NCBI GenBank assembly: GCA_938004815.1
Contig: CALKVR010000172.1
Location: forward strand, 1-29,343
Length of the DNA stretch: 29,343 nucleotides
Direction: 5' to 3'
DNA from: an uncultured Polyangiaceae bacterium
GTDB taxonomy: Bacteria; Myxococcota_A; Polyangia; Polyangiales; Polyangiaceae
The notes beneath the pieces are model-generated. The model was not told where the DNA came from. It saw only the letters and a program-made list of their open reading frames with translations, and did no database searches. The position numbers and the translations under genes were made by a program. Of this stretch, positions 20,200-27,840 are shown one piece after another; within the stretch, counting starts at the first letter, position 1, and each line of letters opens with the position of its first letter.

Positions 20200-21090
20200 A
20201 TGCAGCTGCCCGACATCGAGTCGCTCCGCTGCTTCGCAGCCGCCGCGCACCACCGGAACTTCCGGAAAGCCGCGCGCGAGGTCGCGCTCTCGCCGGCCGC
20301 ATTCAGCGATCGCATCAAGCGCCTCGAAGAGCTGCTCGGCGTGCGGCTCTTCCAACGGACAACGCGCACGTGCCACCTCACGCCGGATGGCGAGCGCGCC
20401 CTCGTCCATGCGCGCGAGGCGCTCGACGCGACACGCCGCTGCGCGGTCGCCGCGAGCCGCGAGCCGGTGCCCTTCGATCTCGTCGTCGGCACGCGCTTCG
20501 AGCTCGGTCTGTCGTGGCTCGTCCCCGCGCTCGATGCGCTGTCGAGGTCGCAGGCCGAGCGGCGCCTCCACCTCTACTTTGGCGACACCGACGCTCTGCT
20601 CGTCGCGCTCGAGCGTGGCCTCTGCGATGCGCTCGTCACGAGCGCGCGTCTCTCGCACGCGGGCACCGAGACGGCGAGCCTGCACGAGGAGCGCTACGTC
20701 TTCGTCGCTGCACCGTCGCTCCTCGACGAGCGCCCCATCAAGTCTCACAAGGACGCGGCCGGCCACGTGCTCCTCGATCTGCACGCAGACCTGCCGCTGT
20801 TTCGGTACTTCCTCGACGGGCGGCCGCCGCGTGAATCGTGGCGCTTCGCGCACGTGCAGCGCCTCGGGACGATCGCGGCGGTCGCCGCGCAGGCGCGCCG
20901 CGGCGATGGCGTCGGGGTATTACCGCGCTACTTCGTCGCGAAAGACCTGGCGAAGCGCACGCTGATCGAGCCGTTCCCGAAGGCGAAGCTCTCGGTCGAC
21001 TACTTTCGTCTGGTCTGGCGCACCGGCCACCCTCGCAGCGACGACCTGGTCAAGCTCGCAGCCGAGCTTCGAGACATGCCGCTGAAATGA
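20200..21090 (+). CDS. LysR-family transcriptional regulator
   Basis: HTH region LRCFAAAA...NFRKAAREVALSPAAFSDRIKRLEELLGVRLFQRTTR; 296 aa. Confidence 0.94.
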   Translation: MQLPDIESLRCFAAAAHHRNFRKAAREVALSPAAFSDRIKRLEELLGVRLFQRTTRTCHLTPDGERALVHAREALDATRRCAVAASREPVPFDLVVGTRFELGLSWLVPALDALSRSQAERRLHLYFGDTDALLVALERGLCDALVTSARLSHAGTETASLHEERYVFVAAPSLLDERPIKSHKDAAGHVLLDLHADLPLFRYFLDGRPPRESWRFAHVQRLGTIAAVAAQARRGDGVGVLPRYFVAKDLAKRTLIEPFPKAKLSVDYFRLVWRTGHPRSDDLVKLAAELRDMPLK

Positions 21091-21144
21091 GGCAGGCAAC
21101 ATGACGCGAGACGAGCGACCGGTTCGTGACTTATCGTTTCGCGC

Positions 21145-21597
21145 ATGACCAGGTTCCGAACGTTCGGGGTGCTCTCGCTCGTCGCCGTTCTCTCGCTCGC
21201 GTGCGGGCCCAGCCGCACCGCCGCCGAGGCCAAAGCCGACCTCTCCGCCGACGACTCCGAGGTGCGCCTCAAGGCGGCACGCGACATCGAGACCGAGGGC
21301 AAGAACGCCGGCTCGCTCCCTGCCGACGTCGTCGACAAGCTGCTCGAGATGGCCAAGTCCGAGGGCGACCCCAAGGTCAAGGCGTCGTGCATCATCGCCC
21401 TCGGCTATATCGGTGAAGAGCGCGCCAAGCCGATCATCGAGGAGTACCTCCAGACGAGCGATCCCGATCAGCAGCGCTGGGCGGGGCGCGCGTGGTCCTG
21501 GTACCTGATCCGCACCGGCAAGTACCCCGAGGGTCACAAGTTCCCGCCGAAGTTCCCCTACGGCACAGAGGGTTACCCGGACCCCGCAAAGAAGTAG
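21145..21597 (+). CDS. HEAT-repeat lipoprotein
   Basis: Lipobox VLSLAC; DSEVRLKAARDI, DPKVKASCIIALGYIG and DPDQQRWAGRA resemble HEAT/PBS-lyase repeats; TATCGT-N7-ATG upstream. Confidence 0.78.
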   Translation: MTRFRTFGVLSLVAVLSLACGPSRTAAEAKADLSADDSEVRLKAARDIETEGKNAGSLPADVVDKLLEMAKSEGDPKVKASCIIALGYIGEERAKPIIEEYLQTSDPDQQRWAGRAWSWYLIRTGKYPEGHKFPPKFPYGTEGYPDPAKK

Positions 21598-21602
21598 GCG
21601 CC

Positions 21603-22373
21603 TTGCACGCGGGTCCGCCGCTCGTCGCCATCGTGATCGCGCTCGGCGGTTGCGCGTCCGTCGACCCCGGCGGGCTCCACGCAGACCGTTCCGTGGAGAC
21701 CGCGGCGCCGACCCCGACCGGCGCCGTGACCTCGGCCGTAGCACCCAAGGTGACGGCGGCTCCGAACGTTGCGGCGAGCGCGAGCGCGAGCGCGAGCGGG
21801 GCGCCCGCGACAGCCGCGCCGATCGATCGAGAAAAGGAGCTCGCTCGCGTGATCCGTTGCGCGACCGCCGCGAGCGAGACCCTCGGCTGGATCGGCAACG
21901 GCGCGCACTGGGGCCAGTTCATGACGACGGCGATGCAGCACGGCGGCATGCCCTCCGAGTGCGCCGACTTCGCCGACGAGAACGAGCCGCAGCTGAAGAT
22001 CGCGGGCGAGAGCGTCCTTTGGCGCCAAGAAGAAGCGAAGCTGCCCATCGGCAAGTCGGTGAAGGTGCCGATGCGCTTCTGGATGGGGCCCGACGAGACC
22101 GCCGGCCTCGTCGTGAAGGCCAACCTCGCGCATCAGTGGCACTGCTTTTCGTGGGTGCACTTCGAGGCGCACGGCGACGCGTGCTACCCGACGCGCGCGG
22201 CGTGTGTGGCCGGGTCCAAGCAGCACCACAACGTCATCCCGTGCGACGTCATCGTCGGCTCCGCGTGGTGCAAGCGCGGAACCGACGACTGCTTCGTGGG
22301 TCCGTGGTCGTGCCAGCGGAGAGCAGGCGTTCCGGCGGTGGGCCCCGAGGGCAGTTGCGAAAAGAAACCCTAG
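21603..22373 (+). CDS. Hypothetical lipoprotein with Cys-rich C-terminus (start uncertain)
   Basis: Likely TTG 21603 (HAGPPLVAIVIALGGC lipobox), Ala/Thr/Pro linker, Cys-rich tail. The ORF-track start at 21492 overlaps the previous gene. Confidence 0.65.
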   Translation: MHAGPPLVAIVIALGGCASVDPGGLHADRSVETAAPTPTGAVTSAVAPKVTAAPNVAASASASASGAPATAAPIDREKELARVIRCATAASETLGWIGNGAHWGQFMTTAMQHGGMPSECADFADENEPQLKIAGESVLWRQEEAKLPIGKSVKVPMRFWMGPDETAGLVVKANLAHQWHCFSWVHFEAHGDACYPTRAACVAGSKQHHNVIPCDVIVGSAWCKRGTDDCFVGPWSCQRRAGVPAVGPEGSCEKKP

Positions 22374-22397
22374 CGAGCTCGTGTCGCGTAGGCGCGC

Positions 22398-23465
22398 TCA
22401 GCGTTTCGTCAGCCTCATCACCGCCCGCTCCGGCGTCGCCTCGATCCAGTAGATCGCGACCTCGTCGGCCGCGATCGCGGTCGGCCCGACCAAGCCGTCT
22501 GCGATCGGTAACGTGCCGGTCGCGCGCGTACGACCGATGGCGACGATCGAGCCGTCGGCCGCGCCGCTCCCGGTCACCGTGACATAGAGGAGCTCGTCGT
22601 CGACGGCGAGGTCGCGCGGACCATCGAGGGAGACCAAGAAGAGCCGACCTCCACCGCTCGGGTTTTCGCGCGAGACGGTGCCCGCTTCGACATCGGCGAC
22701 CCACACACCCTCCGGCATCACGAGGAGCGACGCGGGGCGGATCATGCCGCTCATCAGGGTTTCGGGCGCGCTGTCTCCGTCCAGGTACAGGCGCTGAAGG
22801 TGGCCAGGCGTATGACCGCCCACCCAATACAAGCGAGACCAGTCCTTGGCCGCCGGCTGAACGGCCAGATCGGCGGCGAGCGGCGCCGGGTCCACCAGCA
22901 CCTCGGTGGGGCCGCCGTCGGCGCCGACGGAGCCGATCACGCCCGAGGGCGCGTTCGAAGAGAAGAAGACGCTGTACCCATCGGTGGTGATCGCATGGGC
23001 CCCGCCCGGCACGGAGGATAGGAGGACAGACGTGTCATTGTCTTTGTCCGAGCGCCAGACCCCGGTCTCGGCCCCCCACGCGAGCCACGAGCCCATGACG
23101 ACGAGGCTGTGCGCCGGCCCGCCGCCGCCCGTGATCGTCTCGACCGGCCCGCCTGACTTCGAAACGCGACGAACCAGACCGTCGTCGCGCGACGTCACGT
23201 AGACGTGGGTCTCGTCGAGCGCGAGATCGCTCGCCTCGAAGCCGACCGCGATCGGGCACGGGTCCGAGTCGCACACGGGCGCGCCGCCCGCTCCCGAGCT
23301 CGAGCTCGAGCTCGCTGCGCCGTTCGCCGCCACGTTGCTGACCGCGGTCGCAGCCGGCGGTCCGCCGCCCTCGCCACCGTCGTCGTCGTCGTCGGGGATG
23401 ACGAGCACCTCGCTGCAGCCGAAGTGCAAGAGGAGGGTCACGAAGAGGGTCGGACGGACCGCCAT
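22398..23465 (-). CDS. Beta-propeller lipoprotein
   Basis: Start corrected to ATG 23465 (lipobox LLHFGC). About six blade-like repeats: LALDETHVYVT, ITTDGYSVFFS, RLYWV, GVWVA, LAVDDELLYVT, IAADEVAIYWI. Confidence 0.8.
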   Translation of the reverse strand: MAVRPTLFVTLLLHFGCSEVLVIPDDDDDGGEGGGPPAATAVSNVAANGAASSSSSSGAGGAPVCDSDPCPIAVGFEASDLALDETHVYVTSRDDGLVRRVSKSGGPVETITGGGGPAHSLVVMGSWLAWGAETGVWRSDKDNDTSVLLSSVPGGAHAITTDGYSVFFSSNAPSGVIGSVGADGGPTEVLVDPAPLAADLAVQPAAKDWSRLYWVGGHTPGHLQRLYLDGDSAPETLMSGMIRPASLLVMPEGVWVADVEAGTVSRENPSGGGRLFLVSLDGPRDLAVDDELLYVTVTGSGAADGSIVAIGRTRATGTLPIADGLVGPTAIAADEVAIYWIEATPERAVMRLTKR

Positions 23466-23567
23466 CCCCGATGCGTAGCGTCGCGCGCATCGATCGGCCA
23501 CCCGCGACTTTGCGATGGGATTGTTCGGCTTTACCGGACGCCTCACGAGTGCGCTATAGAGCCGGCC

Positions 23568-24377
23568 ATGTCTCCGCGATCTGGTTGGCTCCTCGCCGCT
23601 CTGTCGTTCGGTGCCCTCGCGTGCTCGCCGGCCCGCGGCGGCGTCACCACCGCCGATCGCGAGCCCGCTCTCACCACGAATCCCGAGCCCGCACAGCCGA
23701 CCACGACGGTCGCGGTGCCGGAGCCGCCGGTCAAGGCGTGCACCAAGATGGGGTGCATGAGCACGCTCGGCGTCGTGGTCCAAGACAAGCCCGGACAAAA
23801 GGGCGCCTACGTGATCGAGGTCGAGGCGGGCGATCAGAAGGGTCGCTGTGAGGCGAGGCTGCCGGCCCCGCGCTGCGGCGAGCCGTGGACGCGGTGCGAG
23901 GGCACGCTGCCCCTCATGGCCAAAGAGGGTGAGATCTGCAAGAAGCCGCCGGCCGAGCACACGCTCCCCCCGCTCACGATCGGCGCGGCGCCCGAGAAGG
24001 TCATCGTCCGCGTCCTCCGCGACAAGAAGCAGGTACACGAAGAGACGGTCGCGCCGCCCTACGACGCGCTCCAGCCGAACGGCCCCGGGTGCGAGCCGAC
24101 CTGCAAGCAGGCCGAGATCGGCGTCGCGGTGGGCGGCGCGCCGCCCGTGCGCGTGAAGACCGACGCCGAGGCGGTGGCAGCTGCCACCAAGTGCGCGCGG
24201 GATCGCAAGACGAAGGGCGTGTGGAAGAGCGATCTCGTCTACGAGAGCCCCACCGTCACCAAGGTCGGCGACAAGTGGCTCGTCACGTTCAACGAGCAGA
24301 CGCCCAAGGGCAAGCCGCAAGGCGCCGCGCTGTTCGTCACCGCCGCGGGCGGCTGCGCGTACGCGCCGCAAGAGTAG
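23568..24377 (+). CDS. Hypothetical Cys-containing lipoprotein
   Basis: Start corrected to ATG 23568 (lipobox FGALAC); CTKMGC and NGPGCEPTC motifs; small extra C-terminal domain. Confidence 0.78.
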   Translation: MSPRSGWLLAALSFGALACSPARGGVTTADREPALTTNPEPAQPTTTVAVPEPPVKACTKMGCMSTLGVVVQDKPGQKGAYVIEVEAGDQKGRCEARLPAPRCGEPWTRCEGTLPLMAKEGEICKKPPAEHTLPPLTIGAAPEKVIVRVLRDKKQVHEETVAPPYDALQPNGPGCEPTCKQAEIGVAVGGAPPVRVKTDAEAVAAATKCARDRKTKGVWKSDLVYESPTVTKVGDKWLVTFNEQTPKGKPQGAALFVTAAGGCAYAPQE

Positions 24378-24380
24378 CGC

Positions 24381-24396
24381 TGGCATGTGACCTGCA
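24381..24396 (+). promoter_or_regulatory. Candidate sigma-54 promoter of gpsA
   Basis: TGGCATG-TGAC-CTGCA versus consensus TGGCACG-N4-TTGCW; correct GG-to-GC spacing, two mismatches. Confidence 0.5.
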
Positions 24397-24408
24397 TCGC
24401 TCGCGGGC

Positions 24409-25434
24409 GTGGATCCGCAGCGCGCGCCCGTCGCCGTCCTCGGTGCAGGAAACTGGGGAACGGTCGTCGCCGACCGCGTAGCGAGAAACGGCCGCGAGGT
24501 GCGGCTCTGGACCCGCAGCGCGGCCGCGCGCGACGAAATCAACCTGGATCGCCAGAACGCACGCGCCGTTCCCGGGCTTCGGCTCCATCCGCGCGTGCGC
24601 GCCGTCACCGATCCGCGCGACGCCCTCGAGCCTGCGGCGCTCGTATTCGTCATGGTGCCCGCGCAAGCCATGCGCGACGTGTGCAAAACCGTCGGCGACC
24701 ACCTTCGGCCCTACCACTTCGTCGTGCACGGCACGAAGGGCCTCGAGATCGGCACCCGCGCGCGGATGAGTGAGATCATCCACGACGAGACGTGCGTCAG
24801 GCAGCTCGGGATGCTCTCCGGCCCCAACATCGCCGCCGAGATCGCGCGAGGCGAGCCGGCCGGGACGGTCGTCGTCAGCCACTACCCGGCGGTGATCGAC
24901 GCGGCCAAGGCCGCGCTCGCGTGCGACTCGCTCATGGTCTTCTACGGGGAGGATCTCATCGGGGCCGAGATCGCCAGCGCGCTCAAGAACGTGATCGCGC
25001 TCGCGGCCGGCATGGCGGCCGAGATGGGCTTCGGCGAGAACGCCAAGGCGTTCCTCGTGACCCGGGGCCTCGCCGAGACGACGCGGGTCGCCGTCACGCT
25101 CGGCGCCCAACCCGCCACGTTCTCGGGCCTCGCCACCCTCGGCGATCTCGTCGTCACCTGCGCGAGCGAGCACTCGCGCAACCATCGGATCGGTCGCGCC
25201 CTCGCACGCGGGACGCCGCTGGCCCAAGCGCTCGAAGAGCTCGGCATGGTGGCCGAGGGCGTCTCCACCAGCATCGTCGCCCACGACCTCGCGCGAGACA
25301 TCGGCGTCGAGGCGCCGCTCATCGAAGCCGTCTACCGCATCGTCCACGAAGGCCTCGCCCCGAAAGACGCGCTCACCGAGCTCATGCGAACACCGTCGGG
25401 CCGCGACGTCGCGTTGTTCAGCTCGGCGAGCTGA
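24409..25434 (+). CDS. gpsA: NAD(P)H-dependent glycerol-3-phosphate dehydrogenase
   Basis: VAVLGAGNWGT, TKGLE, LSGPNIAAE, ALKNVIALAAG, LGDLVVTC.SEHSRN, VAEG. Confidence 0.95.
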   Translation: MDPQRAPVAVLGAGNWGTVVADRVARNGREVRLWTRSAAARDEINLDRQNARAVPGLRLHPRVRAVTDPRDALEPAALVFVMVPAQAMRDVCKTVGDHLRPYHFVVHGTKGLEIGTRARMSEIIHDETCVRQLGMLSGPNIAAEIARGEPAGTVVVSHYPAVIDAAKAALACDSLMVFYGEDLIGAEIASALKNVIALAAGMAAEMGFGENAKAFLVTRGLAETTRVAVTLGAQPATFSGLATLGDLVVTCASEHSRNHRIGRALARGTPLAQALEELGMVAEGVSTSIVAHDLARDIGVEAPLIEAVYRIVHEGLAPKDALTELMRTPSGRDVALFSSAS

Positions 25435-25457
25435 GCTCGGTTGTAAGCTGGTCCGCG

Positions 25458-26090
25458 GTGGACCCCTACCGGAAGCAGGAGATCAGCGGCGCGCCATTCT
25501 CGCTGCTTCGTGACGAGAGCACGATCGGCTCCTCGTGCGCGATCGTCCGGGTGCCGTGCGACGGCGCCGCGTTCGTCGCCGCCCTCCTCGGCGCGTGGCC
25601 CGAGCTCGAGGTCATCGAAGATCGATCGGGCGCCGATATCGAGGCCCTCCGTCGCGCCTTCGTCGAAGCCCCCGTCACTGGCCTCGTCCTCACCGTCGTC
25701 GGCCTCGTCGCGTGGCGCGGCGAGACCCTCTGCATCGACCCGAGCCGCAGCTGGTGGAGCGAGACCGCCACCATGGCTCGCCTCAGCGCCCCCCTCGGTC
25801 GCGTCGTCTGCGCCATCGTCGACGTCCCGTTCGCCGCCTTCGGCGTCCGCTGGTTCGAGCGCGGCGCTGCCCTCCGCAAGGTCCTCGTCGCCAACGGCCA
25901 CCTCGAGCTCGACGGCCCCACCGTCCAAGACGAAGTCGGCTTCGACATCGGCAAGCTCGACGCCCCGACCGCGCGCGCCGTCGCCCGCCTCCCCGACGAG
26001 CTCGCGCTCGAGCACATCGAGCCCGTGCGCGTGATCACCCTGCGTGACCACGCGGCCGAGTCGCTGCTCGGCGCGGCGTCGAGCAGGTAG
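25458..26090 (+). CDS. Hypothetical protein
   Basis: C-terminal part of track ORF 24792..26090. Start inferred at GTG 25458 (after the gpsA stop; TAAGCT-N8-GTG). Codon usage is host-like. Confidence 0.65.
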   Translation: MDPYRKQEISGAPFSLLRDESTIGSSCAIVRVPCDGAAFVAALLGAWPELEVIEDRSGADIEALRRAFVEAPVTGLVLTVVGLVAWRGETLCIDPSRSWWSETATMARLSAPLGRVVCAIVDVPFAAFGVRWFERGAALRKVLVANGHLELDGPTVQDEVGFDIGKLDAPTARAVARLPDELALEHIEPVRVITLRDHAAESLLGAASSR

Positions 26091-26111
26091 AACCGGCGCC
26101 GAACCCTCGCC

Positions 26112-27068
26112 TCACGCGCGCGTGACTTCCAGATACGCGACGTTGCTCTCGCGGTCAGTGAAGGTCCGCAGGTCCCCGATCGCGCGACCGTCGAGCCGAA
26201 CGGCAAGCGCCGCGAGCGCCTGCTCGTGGCGCAAGTTCAGCCGCCAGTCCATGAAGCACGCCATGTAGGCCCGCCCGTGGTGTCCGGGAACGAAGTTCGC
26301 CACCAGCAACCGCCCGCCCGATCGAAGCGCCCGGAAGAGCCGCTCGATCAGCAGCGAGGCGAACGTGTCGTCGAGGTAGTCGAGAAGCCCGGCCGCATAC
26401 GCCAGGTCGACGCCGTCGAACGTGCTGCGGCCCTTCAAGAGCCCGCCCACCGACTCGCGCACCGGTTCGATGGACGTTCCGCGCAGAGAGCGCGCGACGA
26501 CCGCGAGGCTCTCGACATCCTGGTCGATCGCGATCAGGCGTCTCAGGCGTCCGTCCGTCACCGCTGGCGAGCAGGTCGCCTCGCGAAGGTGCCCGCAGGC
26601 GACCGCGACCACGGTAGCGGCTTCAGCCTCGGCGGCGGCTTGGTCGATCGCTTCCGCAAGCAAGCCGCGTCGATACCGTACGCTCCGGGCCGCCGAGCAG
26701 CCCGTGGTTGCGCGAAATACGGCGGCGCCGACATCCGTGGTCCCTGCGGGAGGGCGCCCGTCATAGATGAAATCGAGCATCACCGCGTCGCCCGCGTAGC
26801 CGCGCGGCTTGCGGTACGCCCTCGCGGTGTAGGGGTCCTGCTGCAGTACCGCGTGTATCTGGTGTGCGCGACAAGCCGCGATCAACTCCGGCTCCAGCCC
26901 GGGCAGCTCGCGCATGACCGTATCGAGCGAGACGATGAGCTCGCTGACAGCATCGAAGCCGTCGCCAGCAAGGACGCGCTCGAGCGTTGCGTCCAGAGCG
27001 CGGTCCAATCGACCGCGAACGCGCGCGGTCGAGCTCGTCGTGATGGTGATGCAGTTGGTCTGAGTCAT
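26112..27068 (-). CDS. Class I SAM-dependent methyltransferase, PhcB-like
   Basis: RAYRKPRGYAGDAVMLDFIY, VVAVACG (motif I), AYAAGLLDYL, GGRLLVANF, MDWRLNLR; AAGGGGA RBS. Confidence 0.82.
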   Translation of the reverse strand: MTQTNCITITTSSTARVRGRLDRALDATLERVLAGDGFDAVSELIVSLDTVMRELPGLEPELIAACRAHQIHAVLQQDPYTARAYRKPRGYAGDAVMLDFIYDGRPPAGTTDVGAAVFRATTGCSAARSVRYRRGLLAEAIDQAAAEAEAATVVAVACGHLREATCSPAVTDGRLRRLIAIDQDVESLAVVARSLRGTSIEPVRESVGGLLKGRSTFDGVDLAYAAGLLDYLDDTFASLLIERLFRALRSGGRLLVANFVPGHHGRAYMACFMDWRLNLRHEQALAALAVRLDGRAIGDLRTFTDRESNVAYLEVTRA

Positions 27069-27095
27069 GAGAGTCCCCTTCCGTGTGTGTCGCTC

Positions 27096-27111
27096 AGCAA
27101 CCGTCGTGCCC
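27096..27111 (-). promoter_or_regulatory. Sigma-54 (-24/-12) promoter of the PhcB-like methyltransferase
   Basis: Minus strand GGGCACG-ACGG-TTGCT: one mismatch to TGGCACG-N4-TTGCW, 27 nt upstream of the ATG, with an RBS in the leader. Confidence 0.72.
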
Positions 27112-27399
27112 GGCGCACCTCCGAGTCGCTCCCGGGGTCATGCCGCGGCATCGCAGCCGCCGCCGCGCCCGCATGGAGCGGCCTTGCGCATTCCTTGAGC
27201 GAACGCTGCGCGATTCGCGCACCGCCTGAGACATGTCTCGGACGGGCAGCGTCTGGTGCTCGACCACGCCATCCCGATTCGGCTCGGAGGCGCGCTCGAT
27301 CCGACGCGCGCGGGTGAGTCAAAAGAAATAGCGCGACCTGAGGCGCTGACCCTCGTCGGTACGGTATCGCAGCGAATTTTCGCTCAAGGAGCCCGTACC

Positions 27400-27744
27400 A
27401 TGCGCTACGTCAAATTCTCGATCCTCGGCATCAGCCTGCTCTCGGCCGTTCTCTCCCTCTCCTACGGGGCCCTCGGCTTCGGGGGGCAAGGGATCTTCCT
27501 CCTGGTGTCCTGCCTGACCCCGGCGCTCCTCTGCGCCTTCGGCACCTTCGTCAAGCCGAGCATGCCTCGGTGGGCGGGCGCTCTCAGCATCCTCGCCTTC
27601 CTCATCGTCGGCATGAAGACCTCGGGCGGCAGCTCGGATCTTCAGAACGTCATGCTGCTCGCGTTCGTCGGGCTCATCCTGAGCATCGTGATCACCATCC
27701 GTCCCGATCGCGTCGCGGCCGCTGGTGTTGCCAGGGTTGCTTGA
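27400..27744 (+). CDS. Small 4-TM membrane protein
   Basis: Start corrected to ATG 27400 (AAGGAG RBS, 8 nt spacing); 114 aa, four hydrophobic segments. Confidence 0.78.
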   Translation: MRYVKFSILGISLLSAVLSLSYGALGFGGQGIFLLVSCLTPALLCAFGTFVKPSMPRWAGALSILAFLIVGMKTSGGSSDLQNVMLLAFVGLILSIVITIRPDRVAAAGVARVA

Positions 27745-27840
27745 GCGTCAGTCGGGTGGGGGGAGACGACGCGGAGGCAAGGGCGGTGAACCCGCGTGAG
27801 AGCCCGCACATCCAGCGGTGCAGGCATCGCGTCCCGAGGG

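Noticed and set aside
21774-21797. Hexamer repeats (GCGAGC)x4 here and (GAGCTC)x3 at 23296-23313 as phase-variable tracts
   Set aside because: In-frame codon repeats encoding Ala-Ser and poly-Ser linkers; unit length 6 cannot shift the frame.
27173-27187. Plus-strand sigma-54-like TGGAGCGGCCTTGC for the small membrane gene
   Set aside because: GG-to-GC spacing is one base short, which sigma-54 does not tolerate.
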